NCBI RefSeq assembly: GCF_964355755.1
Contig: NC_092679.1
Span: forward strand, 13,189,432-13,253,431
Source: Antedon mediterranea
Lineage: Eukaryota; Animalia; Echinodermata
Length of the DNA: 64,000 nt
Direction: 5' to 3'
The notes under the pieces were generated by a model. The model did no database searches, had not been told where the DNA came from, and saw nothing but the letters and a program-made list of their open reading frames with translations. How positions within the stretch are numbered: position 1 is the stretch's first letter; each line of letters starts with the position of its first letter. A program made the position numbers and the translations under genes. Below, piece by piece: positions 1-12,985 of this stretch.

Positions 1-1865
1 GGATTCATTAAATAAAAGTTTAGTTTAGAAAAGTGTATGTTTTATAAAACAAATAATAAACATTCTTGTGTATATTATTTATGGTAATGTTAATGATTTG
101 AGGTATGAAAAACTGAATGAACATTCATTTCGTAATTTTTGTTGTTGTTGTAATTATATAAGTTTAGTGAGTTCTATAATTTTTTAAATTAAAATTGAAA
201 TTGAAATAAATCATCATTGTTATTTGGGAGTTTTAAATTGTTTATCATATTAAGTATACTTAAATTGTACATTCTGCATTAAGGTACAGTAGTTTCATGG
301 TTTCTTGATTATTAAACATTTTGTAGATAAAAATAAACCGTCAATGTTTTTAGAAAGTTTAAACTTCATAATTAGACAGTTTGACCACTAAATCATTATA
401 AAAAATATTTAAAAATGTAGGCCTACATTATTATAATTAATGTTTTTATTTTTTGTTATCTTAGGTGTATCTTTTATTTCCATACATAAGTTCCATATCA
501 CACATATTTTTCTCTAAAAACATTTTCATTTCAGTACACTATGCATATTATTCTATTAACAATGTTTGTTTTTATCATCTGCTTACATACAAGTTTTTTT
601 AAAAGTTGTATTCATTTTCCATTATTTTTTTGTTTGTATCTTTTTCTATATAATTTCTACTACTACTGCTTTCCTCTTTTTATACATAATAATCTCTTTG
701 ACACATTTCCATTAACATTTTTTTTATTAACATAGTTGTTTTTGTTTTTTTTTCATCTACATGCGCATTCGTTTCTTTATATAATTATTATTATAATTAA
801 TGTTATTTATGTGAAGGATGTGTAGATTAAAAATAACTTATTCAATAGAAAAGGATAGATAAAGTGCACTTTACAGGCATACAGCAATGTGTTTGCCAAT
901 GCATTAGGCCTACATTGTTTGTGTTTGTCATATGATAAAACTTACTATCGGTATATTAGTTTATATTATACAAATTGCTATAAAGCTATTGCTAAGTATA
1001 TTGATTTGTTTATACTTTTAAGTAGCCTTCATTTTAAAAGATACCGTAATTAAGATATCGTAGATCTTCGTTTTAAAATATTATAGAATTGGTTTGTATT
1101 AATTATGATTTTAATTATAACTACTGTGTCATGATGCACAATTTAACGATTAAAATAAAGTAGAATTAGTTAAAATTGTGTGATGTTGTTTGTATTATTT
1201 GAGTTTGTTATAGGCTTACTTTACTGACAATGATGCGAGTAAACCGGATCACTATCAAATGTAGGTTACAGCGAGCGAGATGGTTCGATAGTGCGAAGGT
1301 GGTTACATAGCTTTACAGCTCAACAAAGATGATCACCACTTGTCTATAACATAAACAATGGTGGTATACAGTTTGACTGTTTTGCCTTCTTAACGCCTAC
1401 ACTTCATCAGACGTGTAGTTCAAAAACTAACACTACAATTGATCTATATAGATACGGTAGTTCTTGGTACAAGGTAAATTTTCCGATTTTTTTTACATTC
1501 ATTCATTCATTCTTCTCTCGTTGTTCTTGTCGTTGCCCATTTCTCATTCCGATCCATATATTTAATAAATATGTACATGTAATAAAATGTAATTCCAGTC
1601 GCCAAAAAATTGCAATGGGCTAAATATGTATAAAGCTTAATACAGTAGGCCTACATTATTCATGCAATTCGGTCAACGAAAATCCCACAACAAAGTGCAT
1701 TATATCTATTTAAGCGCTAATTGATTATAATATATCGACGTACCAGTTTCAAAAACAATCTGGAAGATAGTATTTATTTCGCGAAATTGTCTCCACTGAC
1801 AATTCCACCTTCACCAAATTGTATTCAATGTGAAGTTTTTCAACGTGTGATAGGCCTATTATTCA

Positions 1866-2198
1866 CGTGAGTGAGTGAGTGGCCGAGTGAGTGAGTGAGT
1901 GGCCGAGCGGTTAAGACAGTGGAACCGTAATTACGTAGCCATAACATCGGCAGGGGTTCGAGGCTCACTCACTCCATGGTTCTGGTGATAGAACGAGTCG
2001 TCTCGGATAAGGACTATAAACCGTAGGTCCAGTGTATACATCTAGCTCGTGTGCACTTTAAAGAACCTAGTTCTTTCGAGACGAGTTACCCCGGTGTAAT
2101 AGTACATCACAGCCACTGATCACCAACTGGGCCCTCTGGGAGACCAGTCATTAACTGAAGAGGTTACCCAGTATAAATATAAATTTCAATCAATTTCC
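1866..2198 (+). mobile_element. tRNA-derived SINE
   Basis: A-box tggccgagcggt, B-box ggttcgaggct, core ggataaggactataaaccgtaggtcc...gcactttaaagaacc, tail ttcaatcaat. Absent at the paralogous site ~56245; a decayed minus copy lies at ~12020-12150. Confidence 0.8.
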
Positions 2199-2597
2199 AT
2201 CTTATAGCTAAATCGTCTCATTTCATTGTTACTTACTTAAAAGGGAAGTTATTCAACTTTTAATAATATAATTAGGCCTACCCTTTTAGAAAATAAGTTA
2301 GTTTCTATACACGGAAATCTTTAGTAAAAGGTGAAATATTTACTTGTGTAATGCAGAGAAATCAGAGTAAAGAGAAACATGTACAATAATTATTATATGC
2401 ATAGACCTACCTATCGAAATAATTATTAATTATATATAACTTGTTTGAACTTTAATGGAATTAGAGAAATTTCATTAGCAATACTAATTTAAATCATTCT
2501 TTAATCATTCAAATAATACTGTAGGCCTATTCTATCTGAAACCCACCTAGTTAGGCCAACTGACCTGAATTGATAAACTGACCATATTGAGTATGGA

Positions 2598-2957
2598 TTG
2601 TATATATGCATTATAGTTTTATACTCTACCAACAAGGCTCAAACTAAATCATCCTTAACAAATTACTTAAGACATAAAAATGAACCTAAAATGGAAAAAT
2701 ACTTATTGGAAAAACGTAGCTACCATGCATCAAGTCTAAAATTCAAAGCTCGTTCTAACTTATTGCCACTCGAAGGAAGAAAGGAAGCTTGGTCACCACA
2801 GCATTTAGGATCATGTTTGTTATGTAATTGTGGTGAAAAAGAAACAATTTATCACTTTGTATTCAATTGTACTAGATTAATTAATATTAGAAACTCAATA
2901 TTTAAACAACTTAAAGAAGATCTATACGACAATGATTTGCATAAAATATGGGACTAA
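2598..2957 (+). pseudogene. 3' remnant of a non-LTR retrotransposon ORF2 (C-terminal zinc knuckle)
   Basis: LKFKARSNLLPLE...CLLCNCGEKETIYHFVFNC. A paralogous decayed copy lies at ~57330-57670; related tail fragments at ~11040-11290 and 59184-59486. Confidence 0.65.
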
Positions 2958-3261
2958 AAAGATAAGAAATATGTAAATCTGCAGGTATATATGCTCTATC
3001 AGATTACATATAAGTGAAGAAACTATGTTAATGAGATACAATTTTTTTTGTGCTACTACTATCTTGTATGGTTTGTGTAAATATATTTTATTTCTAGATA
3101 ATTTGAAGGAAAAAAAAGAAAAGACAAAAAAAAGCAAGAAGTTTTTTTATTTTTTTATAGATTGATGATAAAAAAACAATGATGAAGGATAAGAAAATTG
3201 GCAGTTTTTATTAACTATTATCACAAAAAGCATTTGATAAAGGAAAATTATATTACAGTAG

Positions 3262-3540
3262 CCGTATTGTCGTCTGCGGGTATTTTTCAAGACGGACATC
3301 CATGAGACAGTGTATACCACGATCAAAAAACACCCCTATTTGGGGCAAATCGTTGAACCTAAATTCGTTTTAATCGTCAATAACTAATTATCGAACTCAA
3401 TTTAATTAGTAAACAGGGTTACATTAGGCGGTTAAAATCAGTACCGAAAGTACGAACCAACTTTATATACCATCGAGTAAACATTCTAGAAATAACGCGC
3501 GATTTACCAAATTTTGCCCTTACGTAAATTTATATATAGA
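3262..3540 (-). mobile_element. Truncated Helitron-like fragment (5' end only)
   Basis: Absent from the paralogous site ~57968; the minus strand starts TCTATATATAAATT like the Helitrons at 31487 and 32025. Confidence 0.5.
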
Positions 3541-3852
3541 TAAAACAAAATGTTAAGAAAGTATGTGACTATAAATACCATGGACTCTAATATATAGGTC
3601 CATACATTCCAAATTTGAGGTTTCTGTGTCTGTTGTGTTTTGTAGAGTTGTGTATAAATCCAAATGTAGAAAAATTCCGATGCTGTGAGTATCAAAGTAC
3701 CAATTGAGGATAATTGCAAAATGATGAAGTAAAACATTCAGACAAACTTGCATTTTATATGTGTGTGTTTTTTTATGTAAGATGTTTAAGTATAAGTAGT
3801 GAATTGTGTTTTTATCAAAGATTTTAAGTATATATATATTTGTAAATATGCT

Positions 3853-5335
3853 TTTTGACACATGTGAGCCCGATAAACAAAAACAAGGAAACAAGTATTG
3901 GTTGTAAAGTTATTTAATATGAATGGCAAGTCATCGTTGCAGCATGCACGTAAAAGGAAAACATAAAAAAGGAACATTGGGATGCTCTGAAAGGGCCAAA
4001 ACACATGTCTCAAAATCGTAATTGAAAACAAAATAAAGAGGGAGTGGAGGGAGGGAAGTGAAAATTATTTTACTTAGCCAAAAACTGGCGTGGTAATCTG
4101 TTGACAGCGTGAGGTGAAGAGGATGAGATGCTCACGTTGTCAAAAGATGATTGCGAGGGCGCCCCGCAATCACGTGATTTTGACACATGTGAGCCCGATA
4201 AACAAAAACAAGGAAACAAGTATTGGTTGTAAAGTTATTTAATATGAATGGCAAGTCATCGTTGCAGCATGCACGTAAAAGGAAAACATAAAAAAGGAAC
4301 ATTGGGATGCTCTGAAAGGGCCAACACAGTTGGCAACGAAGGGGCCAACGAAGCAGCCCAAATTAAGTGCAGGTAGAACCGATGACAAGCCATTCAGATG
4401 ATGGTGCAACATATGTTGACACCCAGAACGTATAGAAACTATCTACATAGTCTACCTGGAGCAACATGTGTTGACTCCAGTACCCGGTTGACCATTAGCG
4501 CCTGATAGGTGGAGCAACCAAATATTGACATCGAAAAACGTATAGAAACACCTACATTAGTCTACCTGGAGCAACATGTGTTGACTCCAGTACATGTTTA
4601 AACATTTTAATTAGGTAGGCAGTGCAACCAAATGTTGGCACCAAAAAACGTATAGAAACAATCTACATTAGTCTGCCTGGGGCAACATGTGTTGACTCCA
4701 GTACGCGTTTGAGAATTGAGTTTAATAAACGGTGCAACCATGTTGACACCGAAAACATAAATAACTTATTAGTCTACCTGGAGCAACGTGTTGACTCCGA
4801 TTGAACATATGATTATAATTGGCGGTGCAACCTATGCTGTCACCGAAAGAAACAAAAATGAAATAAGTAAAACGATATACAGAAAAAATAAGTATCAAAC
4901 TTTGTTTAAGCTTGACGCTTAATACCCAGTCATGCTTAGGAAATATGCCAACCAGCCAGCACCCATATTTACAACGCTGTATTTGACAAAGTTATGTGGT
5001 TCGACCATCGTCCAAAAATCAAAATGTCTTGGTGAGAGTGTCAAAGTTGGTGAAGGTCGGTAGCTCGACCGATTCTGAAAGAATGAGTGTTAAACTGTGT
5101 ATGTTCCAGACTAGCATGGCGAGCTACAGTAATTGTTTATAGCATTAGTGTGTGTTCTGCGGCCTTGGAGACTACTGCTTCACTGGCTCTGAGGCATGCG
5201 AAGTAACATATTATGAACAAGGCTCTGTATAGGATGGATTCGTATTTGGATTTCATGCTACCTCGCATATGTCCAATTAGCGTTACAAGAATGTCGGAGG
5301 TGACCGGCGGTCTGATCGGTTTGGATGGAGAGTTC

Positions 5336-5375
<40 letters not shown>

Positions 5376-7650
5376 ACTCCTCTGCATAAATTGCTGACTG
5401 CTGGATTTGCGGTAAGGTCTTCCATAAATGATACCCTGTGCACGAATGACACTGGGCTAAGGTAGTTTCGAATCGTGGAAATCGCCAGTGCATTTTTAGT
5501 CAGCTTACTTACATAGAGAACAATTGTCTGTGGAGTCGCTGGTAGCGGAAGGCTTAGTGATTTCCTGAATTGGTTAAAATGGTGCCATTTGCTTTTATAG
5601 TTACTAGCGGTTCATTTGCTTAATGAGTTCCACATTAGCTCTCGTGTGAGGATCTTGAGTTGTTTAGTGGTTCGAAGTAGATTGGTTGTAAGTGCTTTGG
5701 TATCTTTAGCGGTGTGCGGTTCATACTGTGCTCCTCTAGCATGGCCTCCGTTTCCTGAAAACGAGAAAGAGCGTCACATATCCTGTTTTGCTTACCAGGG
5801 ATGTGCCTGGCTGTAAACTGAATGTTGTTTAGTAGTAACAAAAGGACGATAGCGCGAACCACTCTCATGACCTTTTCGTTTGATGACAATTTTTTGTTAA
5901 GCACATATACATCAGCTAGGTTATCACAGTGGAAAACTACATGGGTGTTGGCTAGCTGTTTTGCAAAAATCGAAAGCATGACATAGATGGGGTAAATTTC
6001 GAGAACCATGATGTCGAACATTTTCCAAGATTCCGGCCAGCGGCCTTGAATCCAGAACTTTTGGAAGGTCGCACCAAGTGCGGTTTTTGAGGCATCAGAG
6101 GAGAAATGTAAACGCTGCGAGTCAAATTTTTGTGGGGGTGAAAAATGGTAACGCCATTGTGTTTGCTAAGAAAGTCGGCCCAAATTTGGAGATCCTCCTT
6201 TGCTGAGTCAGAAAGGTGAATAGTTGAAAAGGGGTTAGTTAGACCGGCCGTTAGGGCATTAAGCCTTCTTAGGAACGCCAGTCCAGAGGGTATAACCCAG
6301 GTGGCAAATTGTAGCTTTTCAAAGAGATTGGGGGGCTCTCAATGTAGTTGAGTGAAGTTTTGAACTTTAAAGGGAGTAACGTAATTTTATTATCTCAGAT
6401 GGAAGCCTGTCTTACATTTTCTGTAAATCAAGTTCAATACCCAGGAAGGAAATGGTGGTGGTGGGTGAAATTGTTTTGTGCGGTGCTAGAGGTATGCCAC
6501 CGCGGTCAGCAAGCGCCTTGGATATCTTCAAGGAGTTCGCACACAGTTGGTGTGTGTCTTCAATGACGAGGATGTCGTCTAATATTTTCACGTTATTGGG
6601 CTGTTTTAACTTTTTTATAAGGAAAAATTTCACTCCGTCAGAAAACTTATTGAATATTTGACACGAAGATCCGCCGCCTTGGGGAAGCGTTTTATCGTAG
6701 TAGTACTGGCCTAACCACGTGAAACCTGTGAGGTGATATTGAGTGGGATGGAAATGTATTAGTCTGTATGCGTCACTGGTGTCCGTCTTAGCCATGAATG
6801 CCGGGTGATTGTGTATGTCAATTATGTCTATTGCGTTGGGAGTTAGTTGCTGTAAAAGCAGCCCCATGTAAGGTAGAAGCCATGAGCGAAACATTGGGTT
6901 AAGTAAGCGTGGTGTTTGTAACCAGATAGGAGTGCGCTTATTCTAGTGGGAATTATTGGGATCCCGAGCACTGAAAAACAAGTGGCGATACTGACAGTTT
7001 GTCTGGACACATCTATTGAATCTGTTATGGTAGGAGAAGCCGAGTGGACGCTCCACGGTTGGATGGGTTAGAGGTTTATGGTTAGCTCGTTGCGTCTAGT
7101 TTATGCAGGAGGTCGGCTCGAACCGATGACCAAGAGCAAAGTGTGTACTCAGTAGCCATTCGAAATTATCAGTCGTAAAAGTACCATTAATTTGGATGAC
7201 TGCGCATGAGGTATTTAATATACTTAAAATAATTTAAGATGTCCTGCGTATATTTACTTAAATAAAATTGTGGCAAAGTCGTGAAAGGCCTAGTGCCAGT
7301 TGTGTTCGTTTAAGATGCGGCATTTGGGCTTAGGCACAAGTTCAAAGGTACCAGTGAACGTTAGCGTCAAAGCTTCCGCTGCGCTGTTGAAGTTGAGCAG
7401 ATTGTGCAGCTCGATGAATTTGTGGGAGATTATTTTCTCTTTAAGTTTTTGACAAGGTAGGGGGTTTGAGGAAGAGAGCTGCCGGTAGGTTCGGCTTACT
7501 GACATTAATCTCAACCACAGAAGTTACCAGGGTTTCGACGATATGCCTCATGTCCTTTAATTCTTATTTATGTCAAATTCAGGTACTGGCACGGTTCTTG
7601 GTGCCATATTTTTTACCTCTTGTTAGTTCTTTTCTGTCCTGACATGGTGT
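3853..7650 (-). mobile_element. Decayed DIRS-superfamily (Ngaro/PAT-like) tyrosine-recombinase retrotransposon
   Basis: gag-like KIISHKFIELHNLL (7290-7514); RT KTDTSDAYRLI..YYYDKTLPQG..ILDD (6412-6894); RNase H FHCDN..HIPGKQNRICDALSR (5635-6021); recombinase remnants (STIRNYLS ~5450-5490, IFGRWS ~5000); direct repeats 3853-3999 and 4178-4324. Confidence 0.85.
4400..4850. repeat. About four diverged ~110-bp tandem repeats in the 3' part of the DIRS-like element
   Basis: Recurring tagtctacctggagcaacatgtgttgactcc near 4448, 4558, 4669 and 4770. Confidence 0.8.
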
Positions 7651-7799
7651 ATCTGTAAGAAAATCTTTGTGCAATTAAGACGGAAAGAAAAATGTGTGTG
7701 GACAGATATCATCAAGTTGCAGGGGAAAAGGGCCCTGCAACCATGTTAAAGGAGTGAAAAAAAGATTGGAGACAAAAGTCAGCATTGGGGTAGAGAATG

Positions 7800-10040
7800 A
7801 AACCAGCATGAGTCATATAATGAAATGCTGTACTTAGAGGAGGGTGATAAGACACCACCGCCGTATGGGGTGATAGTAGGGGGACCAGCATGAGTCATAT
7901 AGTGAATGCTGTACTTAAGAGCATGAGTGATAAAACACCGCCGTATGTGGAGGTAGGTAATAAACCAGCATAAGAAATTATGTGGTGGTAGTAGGGTTAA
8001 TGTACCAGCATAAGTAATTATGTGGTGGTAATAGGGGAACCAGCATGAGTCATAATATAATGAATGAACCAGCATAAGAAATTATGTGGTGGTAGTAGTC
8101 ATATAATGGTGAACCAGCATAAGAAATTATGTGGTGGTGGTAGTAGTCATATAATGGTGAACCAGCATAAGAAATTATGTGGTGGTAGTAGTCATATAAT
8201 GGTGAACCAGCATAAGAAATTATGTGGTGGTAGTAGTCATATAATGGTGAACCAGCATAAGAAATTATGTGGTGGTAGTAGTCATATAATGGTGAACCAG
8301 CATAAGAAGTTATGTGGTGGTAGTAGTCATATAATGGTGAACCAGCATAAGAAATTATGTGGTGGTAGTAGGGTTAATGAACCAGCATAAGAAATTATGT
8401 GGTGGTAGTAGTCATATAATGGTGAACCAGCATAAGAAATTATGTGGTGGTAGTAGTCATATAATGGTGAACCAGCATAAGAAATTATGTGGTGGTAGTA
8501 GTCATATAATGGTGAACCAGCATAAGAAATTATGTGGTGGTAGTAGTCATATAATGGTGAACCAGCATAAGAAATTATGTGGTGGTAGTAGTCATATAAT
8601 GGTGAACCAGCATAAGAAATTATGTGGTGGAAGTAGGGTTAATGAACCAGCATAAGAAATTATGTAGTGGTAGTAGGGAAACCAGCATGAGTCATATAAT
8701 GAATGCTGTACTTAAGGGCATGAGTGATAAAACACCGCCGTATGTGGAGGTAGGTAATAAACCAGCATAAGAAATTATGTGGTGGTAGTAGGGTTAATGT
8801 ACCAGCATAAGTAATTATGTGGTGGTAATAGGGGAACCAGCATGAGTCATAATATAATGAATGAACCAGCATAAGAAATTATGTGGTGGTGGTAGTAGTC
8901 ATATAATGGTGAACCAGCATAAGAAATTATGTGGTGGTAGTAGTCATATAATGGTGAACCAGCATAAGAAATTATGTGGTGGTAGTAGTCATATAATGGT
9001 GAACCAGCATAAGAAATTATGTGGTGGTAGTAGTCATATAATGGTGAACCAGCATAAGAAATTATGTGGTGGTAGTAGTCATATAATGGTGAACCAGCAT
9101 AAGAAATTATGTGGTGGTAGTAGGGTTAATGAACCAGCATAAGAAATTATGTGGTGGTAGTAGTCATATAATGGTGAACCAGCATAAGAAATTATGTGGT
9201 GGTAGTAGTCATATAATGGTGAACCAGCATAAGAAATTATGTGGTGGTAGTAGTCATATAATGGTGAACCAGCATAAGAAATTATGTGGTGGTAGTAGTC
9301 ATATAATGGTGAACCAGCATAAGAAATTATGTGGTGGTAGTAGTCATATAATGGTGAACCAGCATAAGAAATTATGTGGTGGTAGTAGTCATATAATGGT
9401 GAACCAGCATAAGACATTATGTGGTGGTAGTAGTCATATAATGGTGAACCAGCATAAGAAATTATGTGGTGGTAGTAGTCATATAATGGTGAACCAGCAT
9501 AAGAAATTATGTGGTGGTAGTAGGGTTAATGAACCAGCATAAGAAATTATGTGGTGGTAGTAGTCATATAATGGTGAACCAGCATAAGAAATTATGTGGT
9601 GGTAGTAGTCATATAATGGTGAACCAGCATAAGAAATTATGTGGTGGTAGTAGTCATATAATGGTGAACCAGCATAAGAAATTATGTGGTGGTAGTAGTC
9701 ATATAATGGTGAACCAGCATAAGAAATTATGTGGTGGTAGTAGGGTTAATGAACCAGCATAAGAAATTATGTGGTGGTAGTAGGGAAACCAGCATGAGTC
9801 ATATAATGCATGCTGTACTTAAGGGCATGAGTGATAAAACACCGCCGTATGTGGAGGTAGGTAATAAACCAGCATAAGAAATTATGTGGTGGTAGTAGTG
9901 AAAACAGCATGAGTCATATAATGAATGCTGTACTTAGGAGCATGAGAATGCTGTACTTGGGGAACCAGCATGAGTCTTAATATAATGAATGATGTACTTG
10001 GGGAACCAGCATGAGTCATAAGATGAATGCTATACTAACT
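7800..10040. repeat. 45-bp minisatellite with higher-order blocks
   Basis: Unit gaaccagcataagaaattatgtggtggtagtagtcatataatggt, a shorter variant ending agggttaat, and a recurring cassette (…cttaagggcatgagtgataaaacaccgccg…) near 7.9, 8.7 and 9.8 kb. Confidence 0.97.
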
Positions 10041-12985
10041 ATAAACCATTCAGATGTGTGCAAAATATTTGCCAGTTTAGCGTAGCATCAAGAAAAAAAA
10101 AAAACAAAAAAAAAAACAAGTTATTATTTATTTCTTTTGGATGTAAAACAATGGGAAAATAAAAAATGGTGTCAACAGTGTATTGCCTGGCATTTTATTT
10201 TGTTTATTCTGTTTAATTATGTATTTATTTTCCTCTAAAATCCGGTTCCGGATTGTCCACAGTGACGCAGTAGTAGAAACAGATAATAAGATTGTTGTTA
10301 TTTGTAGAGTTGTGTATAAATCCAAATGTAGAAAAATTCCGATGCTGTGAGTATCAAAGTACTAATTGAGGATAATTGCAAAATGATGAAGTAAAACATT
10401 CAGACAAACTTGCATTTTATATGTGTGTGTTTTTTTATGTAAGATGTTTAAGTATAAGTAGTGAATTGTGTTTTTATCAAAGATTTTAAGTATATATATA
10501 TTTGTAAATATGCTTATTCTTTATTGCATGTGAAATTGAAAAATAGAAAAATGATAAAATTATTTTTTTTTTAATGTCTAAGTTTAAAAATAGAGTAATA
10601 AACATAAATGTAAGAGAGAATATGCATTGTTAAACGAAAATATGCTTGACTAAAACAAATGCAATTCTATATAGTTAGACCATGAGTGTAAATCTAGAAA
10701 AACAAAAAAGAAAAACAAAATGCTAAGATTGATTAAAAAAAAACAATAAATATACAAATTTAGCATAGATTGGTTTAGTAAACATAAATTGTAATATAAT
10801 TGTATGAAGAAATAAATATGCATGTAGATGAAAAAAAAAAACCAAAAACGACTATGAAAGAAAAAAATAAGTTTGTTAATGAAAATATGCTATAATGTAT
10901 GTATAAAAAGAGAAAATGTGATAAGATGTAAACAAATGAACAAAAATTTGTGTAAACAGATGATGAAAACAAACACTGTTAATATAATAACATGTATAGT
11001 GTATTGAAATGAAAATGTGTTTAGTAAAGTATGGAAATAAAAGTGGGATGAACCCACATAAAAAATATGGGACTCAAGCTCACCTGAACTTAAATATCAC
11101 CTTTTTTTGACGACCTAGAAATTCATGAAGGTATTCAAATCCAATTTATAACCAATATTAACTATGTATTAGCAAGTAACATCTTTGACAAATATTGTAC
11201 ATCATTTTTAACAACTGCATGGAAAGAACGCAACGAAATTTATAATATCCTTCCATAACACAATCTTTTACTTTTCGCTCAAATGTGTTGAATGTATTTT
11301 TATACCCTAATGTTTATATACTTTTTAATGTAATAATATTTTATAAATGTTTGTATTTGATTGTGTATTAAGATAAGTCCATATTTATTTTATTTTGTTG
11401 CACATTGCACAGAATTGTGCCTCTGTTATAAACGAGTTATTATTATTATTAATAATCTGCGACTCTCTGGTATAAACATCGAAAATCTGAAAATTACCAA
11501 AACGATGCCCTAAGTTGCATTTAACAAGCTTATTGGAGTTGAAAATATAATTGCGTAATATTTAAGGCCACGTTCCAGCCAATAAAATACAGTATAAAAT
11601 CGTTCTTGAAACAGAGGAAGGTGACAAATTATGGAGAATGCAATCCCGCATTTCATTTTTGTTGCATTTTTGATTGGCCAAAAATGCTAACCCACCAATA
11701 AGAAAGCGTTACGGTTCTCAGGGTGAAACGCTGCGTGTTTGTTGGACGCCGTCTATGATCTCAATCGTGGAGGATCCCTCCAGTTACAGAAGAGTTCGAA
11801 GTAATAAGAGAACGGTCAAAATTTATGAAGACCACGAAGCACTGAAGGCATCGATTTCCGCTATTTTTTTGCGAAGGTGAATGATGAGGTGGAATAAAGG
11901 GGAGGAGCCTCAAGCTGTTGCATTTTGATGTATATAAATAGTTGTTGAAACAAAATTTGTAAACATTTTAATTAATATGACTAGACATACTGTAACTACA
12001 ATGTATTATTTGATTCAGTTTACCGTGTTACCCCTCGTCTCTAATAATGAACTGGGTTCGTTAAGGTGCACACGGACAAACTGTGTGCACTGGACTTACA
12101 ATTTATATAGGTCAAGTCATTATCCGAGAAGACTTGTTCCAAAACCAGAACTGTAACCGAGTTGAATATAGAGTAGTACATTTTTCATCGAATAAAAAAC
12201 TAATACAAAACATTCATTATTTGTTTTATAACACACCTATTTTGTAAAACTTAATTATCGTATATCATTGGAGAAATGCTAGGCCAGGAAGCTAGACCAT
12301 TGAAAAGGCATTTGGACGCTGAGTAGAGCCGTATAATAATATTTAAGGAATTTCATTATTGAGGGTTAGGCAACCACGACAGTGATATCAAATACATAAT
12401 AAATGTTAACTATTATATTACTGTACTCATGTATAATTGTTTTCTACGTTTCTTTTTTTAAAGGTGTTTGTACTACTGTATAACCAAATAGGTACAGCAA
12501 GCCAATGTATTTGCTGATTTGACAGCAATGGAAGAACTATGAGTATATTAGGTTATTTTATTTAAAATTAAATACGCTGAACGTCATTATATCCCTGAAC
12601 CCCCAACTGTGGCCCAAGCACCAACAAAGAGATGATGCTCACTTCACTTTTTGCATATCCCCCTTGTCGTGACGATCCTGGTACCACTGCTAATTGTTAC
12701 TTTTGAAATCCTTTTTAACGGTTAGTACAGTAACCAAATAGTTAAATTGTCTGCCAATGCATTTGCTGATTTGACAGCATTGAAAATACTGTGAGTATAT
12801 TAAATAACCCTTTTTAAATTATTAAAATGGCCTCAAATTAAATGCGCTGACCGTCATTCTACCCTAGGACTGTGGCCCTAGCACTAACCAAGTGATGATG
12901 CTCGCGGTTACTGTCGGGACGATCCTGGTACCACTGCTAATTTGTAATTTTTACGTTTGCCTTCTTTCTTTAAAGGGATTTGGGC

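Noticed and set aside
1370-1415. Minus-strand CTGATGA hammerhead candidate (also ~55790-55830)
   Set aside because: No pairable stem II and no GAAA in register.
8064-9762. Repetitive ORFs and CRISPR-like periodicity
   Set aside because: The units are contiguous and near-identical, with no unique spacers and no cas genes. The ORFs result from a 45-bp unit length.
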